Positions 51,096 through 59,414 of a stretch of DNA of 64,000 bases are shown in pieces. The notes beneath the pieces are model-generated. The model did no database searches. It saw only the letters and a list, made by a program, of their open reading frames with translations, and had not been told where the DNA came from. The DNA is from Calditrichales bacterium. GTDB lineage: Bacteria; Calditrichota; Calditrichia; Calditrichales; J004. The translations under genes and the position numbers were made by a program. Numbering within the stretch: the stretch's first letter is position 1; every line of letters starts with the position of its first letter. The stretch spans positions 9,799 through 73,798 of the forward strand of contig WGCN01000036.1 in assembly GCA_015493745.1 (NCBI GenBank), read 5' to 3'.

Positions 51096-53176
51096 TGATG
51101 TTGCCTGAAATTTCAATAATTATCGTCAACTACAATGTCCGGGATTTTCTGGAACAGTGCCTGCTTTCCCTGAGGCGGGCCCTGGCTCATATCCCCTCCG
51201 AGATCTGGGTGGTGGACAATAATTCCGTGGACGGCAGCGTGAACATGCTCCGGGAACGTTTCCCCGAAGTGCGGCTGATCGCCAGCAAAAGCAATCTGGG
51301 CTTTTCCGGCGGGAACAATCTGGCCCTGAAACAGGCGCGGGGACGTTTTATCGTGCTGCTCAACCCGGACACGGTGGTGCAGGAGGATACCTTTAGCAGC
51401 CTGCTGCGGTTTTTTGAGGAGCATCCCGATGCTTCCGCCGCCACCTGCAAAATTCTGAATCCCGACGGTAGTTTTGCCGTGGATTGCCGCCACAGCATTC
51501 CCACACCCAGTACCGCCTTCTGGAAGCTGTTGGGGCTGAATCGCCTTTTTCCCAAAAGCAAAATCTTCGGACGCTATAACCTCACCTATCTGGATGAGAA
51601 CGACACCTATCCGGTGGAGGCCATTTCCGGCTCTTTTATGATGATCAAAAGGGAAGTGGTGGAACAGGTGGGGCTTTTGGATGAAACTTTTTTCATGTAT
51701 TGCGAGGATATCGACTATTGCCACCGTATCAATCAGGCCGGCGGTAAAATCTACTATACCCCCCAAACACAGATTGTTCATTATAAAGGGGAAAGTTCCA
51801 AGGCCAATAACCTCGATTATGTAATCACCTTTAACCGGTCGCTTTATCAGTTCTATAAAAAACATTACCAGCAAAAATACATCTATCCCTTTAAATGGCT
51901 GATCTTACTGGGGGTAATCCTGCGCGGCGCCTTTATTTACATGCGCAATGTACTGCGTAAATATTTTACGGTGCTTATGGATGTGGCCATGCTTAACCTG
52001 GTGCTGCTGTTTACCTTTTGGCTGCGTTTTGAGATGAAAGGCGGCTTTTCCTGGGACAGTTTCTTCAGTCAGTATATCATCATCCATCTGCTGACCACGG
52101 TAACCTACCTGTTCAATGCCTTGCTGTTTGATATGATCAAGCAGGATCGTTTTTCGCCGGAAAAAGTGCTGAAGGTACTGGGGGCCACCTTTCTCTTTGT
52201 ATCGGCCCTGACTTTCTTTTTTAAGCAGTTCGCCTTTTCCCGTCTGGTGGTGGCCATGGCCGCCATCGGCGGATTTCTGGCCATTGTGGGTTGGCGTTTG
52301 CTGTTTAACCGCTACGGGGCCAAATATTCCGGTGCGCTGGAAAAAGAGTTCTTTCATAAACGGGCGCTGATCGTGGGCGATGACCAGGAGACCGTGGAAC
52401 TACTTAAAAAACTGGATCGCCAGCCCCTGGCCGGCATGAAGGTGGAAGGGGTGGCCGCCATAGACGATGACCGTATCGGGCATAAACTGGATGCCTATCC
52501 CATTGTTACCTCGATCGGTCAAATCGATGAATACGCCCGTCTGAAGCGCGTTAATCTGATTATTTTTTCCACCCACAACATCGCCTATGAACGTATTCTG
52601 GAAACCATGACCCGTCTGCATGATTTAAACGTGGAGATAAAAATGGTGCCCGGACATCTGGAATATATGATCGGCAAGTCGAATATCGAGCGTTTTGAAA
52701 GCGTACCGCTGGTGGAGATTGATTATGCCTATAATAAGCCGTTTAACCGCTTTATCAAGCGGTTTATGGATATCGGGCTGACCCTGACTCCCGTACTGAT
52801 CCTGACCGTGCCGGTACTGTTTGCCTTACCCTTTAACCGGCAAAAATATTTCCGCCGCCAGTTAGCGCCCAGGCTGGGCAAAAAATTCCATTTTCTCGAT
52901 TACCGGGAAAAGGGTCTGTTTCGTTCCTGGGCGCGTCTCTTTTCCGTGCTTTTGGGCAGAATATCCCTGGTAGGCGCCCCGATACAGGACGATCCGGTCG
53001 CCTCGCCCCTGTTTTACAAACCCGGACTGACCGGTATTGTCCAACTCTATCCCGAAAGGGTAGCGCGCCTGGGTAACAGCCATGAACTGGAACTGAGCTA
53101 TTTAAAAAACCATTCGCTTTTTCTTGATATGGAACTGTTGTTGAAATCCCTGTTTCGAAAGGGACGCGGGGAATAA
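51095..53176 (+). CDS. fusion of a WbbL-like GT2 glycosyltransferase and a degenerate WcaJ/WbaP-type module
   Basis: SIIIVNYN, VDNNS.DG, NLGF..GNN, LLNPD, FFMY.EDID; then TM helices, ALIVG domain, KRFMD, SLVG, KPGLTG. Confidence 0.88.
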   Translation: MMLPEISIIIVNYNVRDFLEQCLLSLRRALAHIPSEIWVVDNNSVDGSVNMLRERFPEVRLIASKSNLGFSGGNNLALKQARGRFIVLLNPDTVVQEDTFSSLLRFFEEHPDASAATCKILNPDGSFAVDCRHSIPTPSTAFWKLLGLNRLFPKSKIFGRYNLTYLDENDTYPVEAISGSFMMIKREVVEQVGLLDETFFMYCEDIDYCHRINQAGGKIYYTPQTQIVHYKGESSKANNLDYVITFNRSLYQFYKKHYQQKYIYPFKWLILLGVILRGAFIYMRNVLRKYFTVLMDVAMLNLVLLFTFWLRFEMKGGFSWDSFFSQYIIIHLLTTVTYLFNALLFDMIKQDRFSPEKVLKVLGATFLFVSALTFFFKQFAFSRLVVAMAAIGGFLAIVGWRLLFNRYGAKYSGALEKEFFHKRALIVGDDQETVELLKKLDRQPLAGMKVEGVAAIDDDRIGHKLDAYPIVTSIGQIDEYARLKRVNLIIFSTHNIAYERILETMTRLHDLNVEIKMVPGHLEYMIGKSNIERFESVPLVEIDYAYNKPFNRFIKRFMDIGLTLTPVLILTVPVLFALPFNRQKYFRRQLAPRLGKKFHFLDYREKGLFRSWARLFSVLLGRISLVGAPIQDDPVASPLFYKPGLTGIVQLYPERVARLGNSHELELSYLKNHSLFLDMELLLKSLFRKGRGE

Positions 53177-53367
53177 ATCCCGAAACCTATGAGCCTAAGA
53201 GCCGGTGTTCAACCCGGACCGTCATCTTCTGTCTTTTATTGTTACCCAGGTTTTATCTCTGGCAAATACCGTCCGGGAAAATAAATCCTCCTCCGGGTAA
53301 CTTTCGGTTAAAAACTTCATCAAACCGGCTGCTTTACGCATAACACGCCTTTTGTGGAGAAAATTCA

Positions 53368-54696
53368 ATGGAAGACCTGATTTTATACCACCGTCTGCAA
53401 TTTGCCTTTACCATTTCGTTTCATTACCTCTTTCCCCAACTGACCATGGGACTCTCGGCGCTGATTGTCTGGTTTAAATGGCGCTACATCCGTACCGGAG
53501 ATGAACTCTATAACCGTTCATCGCTCTTTTGGGCAAAGATATTTGCCGTCAATTTTGTATTGGGCGTGGTAACGGGGATTCCCATGGAGTTTCAGTTCGG
53601 CACCAACTGGGCTAAGTTTTCGGAGCTTACGGGCAATGTCATCGGCCAAACCCTAGCCATGGAGGGGATGTTCTCCTTTTTCCTGGAGTCTACCTTTCTG
53701 GGGCTGTTTTTATTCGCCGAAAAGAAAATGTCCAAAAAGTTGCACTTTTTGATGGCCCTTATGGTCTTCACCGGTACACAGGCCAGCGGTCTGTTCATCA
53801 TTGCCACCCATTCCTGGATGCAGCATCCGGTGGGTTATGAGATTCTTGAAAATGGAAAATATGTTTTAAATAATTTTGCCGCCTTATTCTACAACTCATG
53901 GTTGTGGCCCTCTTATTTGCACAATCAGATGGCTTCCATGGTTACCTCGGCCTTTGTCATGACCGGTGTGGGTGCGTTTTATATGCTGAACAAAAAGAAC
54001 AGGGATTTTGCCGGGCTTTTTATAAAAACAGGTGTGGTGGCCGGGGTTATTTCATCCACGCTGGTCATCGTTCCTTTTGGTGACATGCTGGCCCAGCAGG
54101 TGGCCACCCATCAGCCGGTAACCCTTTCGGCCATGGAGGGCTTGTTTAAAACGCAGGAAGGGGCGCCCATGGTGCTCATCGGGCAACCCAATATGCAAAC
54201 CCGCTCCATCGACAATAAAATTGAAGTACCCTATGCTCTGAGTCTGCTTACCTATAAAAGATGGAATGCCCATGTCAAGGGTCTGGATGCCTATGATGAA
54301 AACCTATGGCCCACCAATGTTCCGGCGCTTTATTACGCCTACCATATGATGGTCGGTCTGGGAACCCTGTTCCTGGCACTGATGGGGCTGTCGGTTTTCT
54401 TTTTATGGAAGAAAAAGCTTTTTGAAAAGAGGTGGATACTGTGGGCTTTGCTACTGGCGATTCCCTTTCCCTATATCGCCAATCTGGCCGGATGGTACAC
54501 GGCGGAACTGGGCCGGCAGCCCTGGCTGGTCTACGGGCTGATGCGCATGGTGGACGGGGTTTCGGCCACGGTATCCGCCGGGAACACTCTGTTTACCCTG
54601 TTGGGCTTTATCGGGCTTTATTTTTTGCTGGGTGTTTTATTTTTATTGTTGGTAGGCAAGGTCATAAAGGAGGGGCCCGCGCCGCTAAAGGCATAA
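53368..54696 (+). CDS. cydA: cytochrome bd ubiquinol oxidase subunit I (short Q-loop)
   Basis: RLQFA...FHYLF, GI.MEFQFGTNW, AELGRQPW. Confidence 0.95.
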   Translation: MEDLILYHRLQFAFTISFHYLFPQLTMGLSALIVWFKWRYIRTGDELYNRSSLFWAKIFAVNFVLGVVTGIPMEFQFGTNWAKFSELTGNVIGQTLAMEGMFSFFLESTFLGLFLFAEKKMSKKLHFLMALMVFTGTQASGLFIIATHSWMQHPVGYEILENGKYVLNNFAALFYNSWLWPSYLHNQMASMVTSAFVMTGVGAFYMLNKKNRDFAGLFIKTGVVAGVISSTLVIVPFGDMLAQQVATHQPVTLSAMEGLFKTQEGAPMVLIGQPNMQTRSIDNKIEVPYALSLLTYKRWNAHVKGLDAYDENLWPTNVPALYYAYHMMVGLGTLFLALMGLSVFFLWKKKLFEKRWILWALLLAIPFPYIANLAGWYTAELGRQPWLVYGLMRMVDGVSATVSAGNTLFTLLGFIGLYFLLGVLFLLLVGKVIKEGPAPLKA

Positions 54697-54753
54697 AATG
54701 CCTGGCCGGAGTTAACCTGAAATGTTCATAACTTAAAACGGAAGAGTAGGGCT

Positions 54754-55824
54754 ATGGAAATTTTTTGGAGTATCGTACTGGTATCCATGCTGACCATGTT
54801 TATTCTTTTGGACGGCGCGGATATGGGAGCCGGAATTATTCACCTGTTTGTGGCTGAAAATGAGGATGAGAAGCAGCGCATCATCCGGGCCATCGGTCCT
54901 TTTTGGGATGGCAACGAGGTGTGGCTTATTGCGGCCGGAGGTGTAATGTTTTTTGCCTTTCCAACCCTCTATGCCTCGGCCTTTAGCGGATTTTATCTGC
55001 CGCTGATTATGGTTTTATGGTTGTTGATATTCCGGGCCATCGGCCTGGAATTCAGAAACCTGGTGGCTAATGATTTATGGAAGACCGCCTGGGACAAAGC
55101 TTTCGGTTTGGCCAGTTTACTGTTAACGGTATTCCTGGGCGCGGCTCTGGGCAACGTGGTGCGCGGTGTCAACCTGGGGGGTGTGGAGAATGGCCTGGCA
55201 CGGCACGGGGCTGTTTACTTTTTTAATCCCTTGTGGAACGACAGCTTTTCTCCCTTGAGCAGCCAGCCGGGTATTCTGGATTGGTTTACCGTTATCCTTG
55301 GAGTGGTGGCCGCGGTTACCCTGACCATACACGGCGCCCACTGGATCATCTTTAAAACGGACAGTCCGTTGAATGCACGGCTTAAAAAGCTGGTTGTCCG
55401 CCTGAATATGGTTTTAACTTTTTTGATCGTTCTTTCACTTGTAGCCTGGCTGTTTGTACGTCCCTCGGCCATGGATAACTATTTCAATCACCCCTGGTTG
55501 TGGATTTTTCCCCTATTGATGCTGTTTGCCCTGATTTTGATGTTTCGGGTTCCCTCTTTTAAAAAAGACCATAGTCCCTTTGCCGTATCATCCTTGTTTA
55601 TTGCCAGTGCCTTCGGTTCCACGGTGGCAGCTTTGTTCCCCAATCTGTTACCCGGTACCAACAGCCATTTTCCGTCCCTTACCATATATAATGCCGCCGC
55701 GGAACCCTACGGTCTGCAGGTGGGCCTTGTCTGGTGGCTGATCGCCCTGGTTTTGGTGATAGCTTATTTTTTCTATCTGCACAAGGTATTTGGCGGTAAG
55801 ATGGACGACGTGCACTATCACTAA
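54754..55824 (+). CDS. cydB: cytochrome bd ubiquinol oxidase subunit II
   Basis: LDG.D.G.G, IGPFWDGNEVWL, FAFP..YA..FSGFY, SLTIYNA. Confidence 0.95.
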   Translation: MEIFWSIVLVSMLTMFILLDGADMGAGIIHLFVAENEDEKQRIIRAIGPFWDGNEVWLIAAGGVMFFAFPTLYASAFSGFYLPLIMVLWLLIFRAIGLEFRNLVANDLWKTAWDKAFGLASLLLTVFLGAALGNVVRGVNLGGVENGLARHGAVYFFNPLWNDSFSPLSSQPGILDWFTVILGVVAAVTLTIHGAHWIIFKTDSPLNARLKKLVVRLNMVLTFLIVLSLVAWLFVRPSAMDNYFNHPWLWIFPLLMLFALILMFRVPSFKKDHSPFAVSSLFIASAFGSTVAALFPNLLPGTNSHFPSLTIYNAAAEPYGLQVGLVWWLIALVLVIAYFFYLHKVFGGKMDDVHYH

Positions 55825-55920
55825 GGGCGTGATGCCCGGGCGGGAGCAGAGCGGATGGCTGTGAAAGATAGCCGGGGCACGGACAGGCGTTATTTCAACT
55901 GTTTGGAGCGGAAAACGCGC

Positions 55921-55944
55921 GGGCGGGGTTAGTTCCCCGCCTTT
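55921..55944 (+). terminator. possible intrinsic terminator after cydAB
   Basis: GGCGGGG-ttagtt-CCCCGCC followed by only TTT. Confidence 0.45.
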
Positions 55945-56099
55945 AGTATGATTGTGCGCTTTTATCGTTTTTATCCGGAATGACGGCAGTTTTATTATCA
56001 CCGAGGCTTATCCCGGTAGCGGGAAAAACCCCGATTCACGCACCGTGCCGCAAGGGGCATCTTTTGCCTTTCCCCGCCGGCGGGCGGAGGATACAACCG

Positions 56100-56360
56100 T
56101 TAAATTCCGAAATCGGCCAGCTCTTCTTCCAGAACTTCCTGACGCTGATAGATAATTTTACGAATGGTTTCATATTGCAGATAGGGATATTCATCCTGCA
56201 GCCGTTCTATGATAACCGATGTGGGCAGGTGGTGACGCATTTCATTAAAGCGGCAACGGATCACATAGTCGCGAATACCCTTGGAACGCAATAATTTATT
56301 TTTGACAAGGAATTGATAAACATCATCCGCAAGATGAGGGGAAAGGGGATTGGGCATCAT
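56100..56360 (-). CDS. small hypothetical protein, possible HTH-like DNA binder
   Basis: Strong AGGAGG RBS on the minus strand; IRDY.IR..F and C-terminal YPYLQYETIRKIIY; occupies a gap free of other genes. Confidence 0.75.
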   Translation of the reverse strand: MMPNPLSPHLADDVYQFLVKNKLLRSKGIRDYVIRCRFNEMRHHLPTSVIIERLQDEYPYLQYETIRKIIYQRQEVLEEELADFGI

Positions 56361-56542
56361 TACGTACCTCCTGATTTATTTGTGATGTAGAAGATAGTAA
56401 CAATGTTCGGGCGGGAATTCTCCTTGAATTGATTAACCGTGCCTATGATAACTAACAAATTATCCATAGGCAAGGGAAAAAAACGGTAGCTTGTTTTTTT
56501 TAGGGAAAAAAGTTGCCGCAGCCTCTGCCGGTATTCTTCGGC

Positions 56543-56571
56543 TTGCCTGAAAAGAGGCAAGTGGCTAAATT
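56543..56571 (+). promoter_or_regulatory. putative sigma70 promoter of serS overlapped by the palindrome TTGCCT-N6-AGGCAA
   Basis: TTGCCT-17 nt-TAAATT; the inverted repeat begins at the -35. Confidence 0.45.
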
Positions 56572-56601
56572 CAATCTTTGCACTTAAAAACAGGAAATAA
56601 A

Positions 56602-57876
56602 ATGCTGGATTTGAAATTCATACGCGATAATACGGAACTGGTAAAGCAGGCTGTGGCCCATAAAAATGAAAAAGCGGATATCGATGCCCTGCTTGAAAAA
56701 GACAAGGAGCGCCGGGAGCTTATTTTTAAAAGCGAGGAACTAAAAAAACAACGCAATGAAAACTCGGCGCTGGTGGCCCAATACAAACGGGAGAAGAAGG
56801 ACGCCTCTGCATTGATTGAAACCACAAAGGATTTATCCCGGCAAATTAAAAGCCTGGATCAACAGATCAACGAGGTACAACAGACCGTCAATGATATATT
56901 GAGCAGTATTCCCAATATCCCCCATGCCAGTGTGCCCCTGGGAAGGGATGAAAGCGCCAATGTAGAGGTATCCCGGCACGGAACCCTGCCTGCATTCGAT
57001 TTTAAGCCCAAAGACCATCTGGAGTTGGGTGAACAACTGGATATTCTGGACTTTAAAAGGGGCGGCAAGATCAGCGGCAGCGGATTTCCCGTCTACAAGG
57101 GGCTTGGCGCCCGTCTGGAACGCGCCCTGATTAACTATATGCTTGATCTGCATATTGACAAGCACGGCTATACGGAAATTTATCCGCCTTTTGTGGTCAA
57201 CAAGGAGAGCATGTACGGCACCGGGCAATTGCCTAAAATGGCCGATGATATGTACCATATGGAAAAGGATGACCTTTATCTGATTCCCACGGCCGAGGTT
57301 CCGGTAACCAATTTGCACCGCAATGAAATATTGGACGAGGCGCTGCTTCCGGTAAAATATGTGGCTTTTTCCGCCTGTTTCCGGCGCGAGGCCGGTTCCT
57401 ACGGCAAGGATACGCGCGGCTTTCAGCGTGTACACCAGTTTAACAAGGTGGAAATGGTGAACTTTGTTCATCCGGAGGGTTCCTATGAGGCGCATGAAAC
57501 GATGCTGGGCGAGGCCACGGAGATTCTGGACGCCCTGAAGCTGCCCTATCGCGTGCTGCTGCTGGCCAGCGGCGACCTGAGCTTTGCCGCCGCCAAATGT
57601 TATGATATCGAAACCTGGTCCTCCGCCGATGAAAAGTGGCTGGAGGCTTCTTCCGTCAGCAATTTTGAGGATTTTCAGGCCCGCCGGGCTCAGATCCGTT
57701 TTAAGGGAAAAGAGGGTGGCAAACCGCAATATGTACATACGTTGAATGGCTCCGGCCTGGCCACCTCACGTTTGATGGTTTCCCTGCTGGAACATTATCA
57801 GACGGCGGAGGGTGCTGTTGTCATACCCGAAGTGTTGCGCCCATATATGGGCGGGCTGGAAAAGATAAGTGGCTGA
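56602..57876 (+). CDS. serS: seryl-tRNA synthetase
   Basis: [39 protein letters not shown]. Confidence 0.97.
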   Translation: MLDLKFIRDNTELVKQAVAHKNEKADIDALLEKDKERRELIFKSEELKKQRNENSALVAQYKREKKDASALIETTKDLSRQIKSLDQQINEVQQTVNDILSSIPNIPHASVPLGRDESANVEVSRHGTLPAFDFKPKDHLELGEQLDILDFKRGGKISGSGFPVYKGLGARLERALINYMLDLHIDKHGYTEIYPPFVVNKESMYGTGQLPKMADDMYHMEKDDLYLIPTAEVPVTNLHRNEILDEALLPVKYVAFSACFRREAGSYGKDTRGFQRVHQFNKVEMVNFVHPEGSYEAHETMLGEATEILDALKLPYRVLLLASGDLSFAAAKCYDIETWSSADEKWLEASSVSNFEDFQARRAQIRFKGKEGGKPQYVHTLNGSGLATSRLMVSLLEHYQTAEGAVVIPEVLRPYMGGLEKISG

Positions 57877-57877
57877 T

Positions 57878-58609
57878 ATGTCTGTTATACGCTGGATACA
57901 CACGATCCTGTTATATCTGATCACCTTTGTGGATACACTGGTTTGCTCCGTACTGGCTATTTTCGGCGGAATATTCAATCCCTATTCCGCTTTTAATGAC
58001 GGGGTGATCCGTGTTTGGGCGCGGATAATTTTGTGGGTTTCCGGCGCGCGGCTTACGGTGGAAGGTCTGGAAAATCTGGATAAGGACGGCGTGTACATTT
58101 TTACCGCCAACCACAAAAGCGCCTATGATATTCTGGCCATGGTGGCGGCGATACCCGGCACGGCCCGTTTTATCGCCAAAAAGGAGCTGTTCAAGGTTCC
58201 GGTTTTTGCCCAGGGTATGAAGATGAGCGGCATGTTGCCCATCGACCGGGCCAACAGCGCCGAAGCCCGCCGAACCCTGGATCAGGCCATCCAGACCATA
58301 AAGGACGGTTGCTCGGTCATCATTTTCCCCGAAGGCACACGTAGTAAAAGCGATGAAATCCGTCCCTTTAAAAAAGGCGGCTTTGTGCTGGCGGTTAAAG
58401 GCCATATTCCCATTGTGCCCACGGTGATCGAGGGTTCACAGCATATGTTCCCGCACGGGCGGCGGACGGTACGCCCCGGTAAAATACGGGTGCGTTTTTT
58501 GCCCCCGCTGGATACCAGGGATATGACCCTCGAAGACCGGAATCTTTTGATAAAACAGACCCGTGAGCAGATTGCCACTCATTTTGATCCCGCCTTTAAC
58601 AGGCCGTAA
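57878..58609 (+). CDS. plsC: 1-acyl-sn-glycerol-3-phosphate acyltransferase
   Basis: NHKSAYD (NHxxxxD), FIAKKEL, IDR, FPEGTRS. Confidence 0.9.
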   Translation: MSVIRWIHTILLYLITFVDTLVCSVLAIFGGIFNPYSAFNDGVIRVWARIILWVSGARLTVEGLENLDKDGVYIFTANHKSAYDILAMVAAIPGTARFIAKKELFKVPVFAQGMKMSGMLPIDRANSAEARRTLDQAIQTIKDGCSVIIFPEGTRSKSDEIRPFKKGGFVLAVKGHIPIVPTVIEGSQHMFPHGRRTVRPGKIRVRFLPPLDTRDMTLEDRNLLIKQTREQIATHFDPAFNRP

Positions 58610-58622
58610 CCGGAGAGACCTT

Positions 58623-59249
58623 ATGCAAAATCTCTATATTCTCAATCATCCTCTCATTCAGCAAAAACTTTTTTATCTGCGCGACAAGCGTACCAATAAC
58701 CTGCACTTCCGCACCATGCTGAATGAAATTGCCGGGTTGATGGTCTATGAAATTACGCGTAATTATCCGGTGAGGGCCAGGGAGTTGGAAACGCCGTTGG
58801 AGAAAACCGTCGGCTATGTTCTGGCGCGTAGTGTAACCCTGGTACCCATCCTGCGTGCCGGTTTGGCCATGTGTGACGGTGTACTTAGCCTGATTCCCCA
58901 CGCCCGGGTGGGGCATGTGGGGCTTTACCGCGACAAGGAAACACTATCGCCGGTGGAGTATTATGTGAAGTTTCCAACCGATATGCAGGAAAGCGACATT
59001 CTGGTGATCGATCCCATGCTGGCCACGGGGGGCAGCGCCGCCGCTGCTATCGATGTGGTGAAAAAGCACGGTGGACGGGCCATCACCTTTATGTGCCTGG
59101 TGGCCGCGCCCGAGGGCGTTAAGGCGCTGAACAATGCCCATCCCGATATACCCATCTACACCGCCGCGCTGGACAGAGAGCTTAATGAACACAGTTATAT
59201 CCTTCCCGGCCTGGGTGACGCGGGCGACCGTATCTACGGCACGGAGTAA
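58623..59249 (+). CDS. upp: uracil phosphoribosyltransferase
   Basis: HPLI, VPILRAG, DPMLATGGS, YILPGLGDAGDR; GGAG RBS before ATG 58623. Confidence 0.96.
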   Translation: MQNLYILNHPLIQQKLFYLRDKRTNNLHFRTMLNEIAGLMVYEITRNYPVRARELETPLEKTVGYVLARSVTLVPILRAGLAMCDGVLSLIPHARVGHVGLYRDKETLSPVEYYVKFPTDMQESDILVIDPMLATGGSAAAAIDVVKKHGGRAITFMCLVAAPEGVKALNNAHPDIPIYTAALDRELNEHSYILPGLGDAGDRIYGTE

Positions 59250-59414
59250 AAACGGCCGACTTTTTCATAATCGCCGTACCGGCATTCGGGGAGAAATGCA
59301 CCGGTCTGAAGATTCATATCCATAAACGCTATAAAGTACCGGCCCAACCCGGCTTGGATATTTACCATTTTTTTGTATTTTACTCCATCTCACTTACCTA
59401 CCTATGGGGAAATC

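Noticed and set aside
55825-56099. 275-nt GC-rich gap after cydB as an ncRNA or cydX
   Set aside because: Only short local hairpins; no SRP, tmRNA, RNase P or 6S hallmarks and no hydrophobic small ORF with an RBS; consistent with a convergent termination zone
56425-56445. Minus-strand AGGCACGGTTAATCA as a sigma54 promoter for the 86-aa gene
   Set aside because: The -24 element is acceptable but the -12 (ATCA instead of TTGC) is too poor
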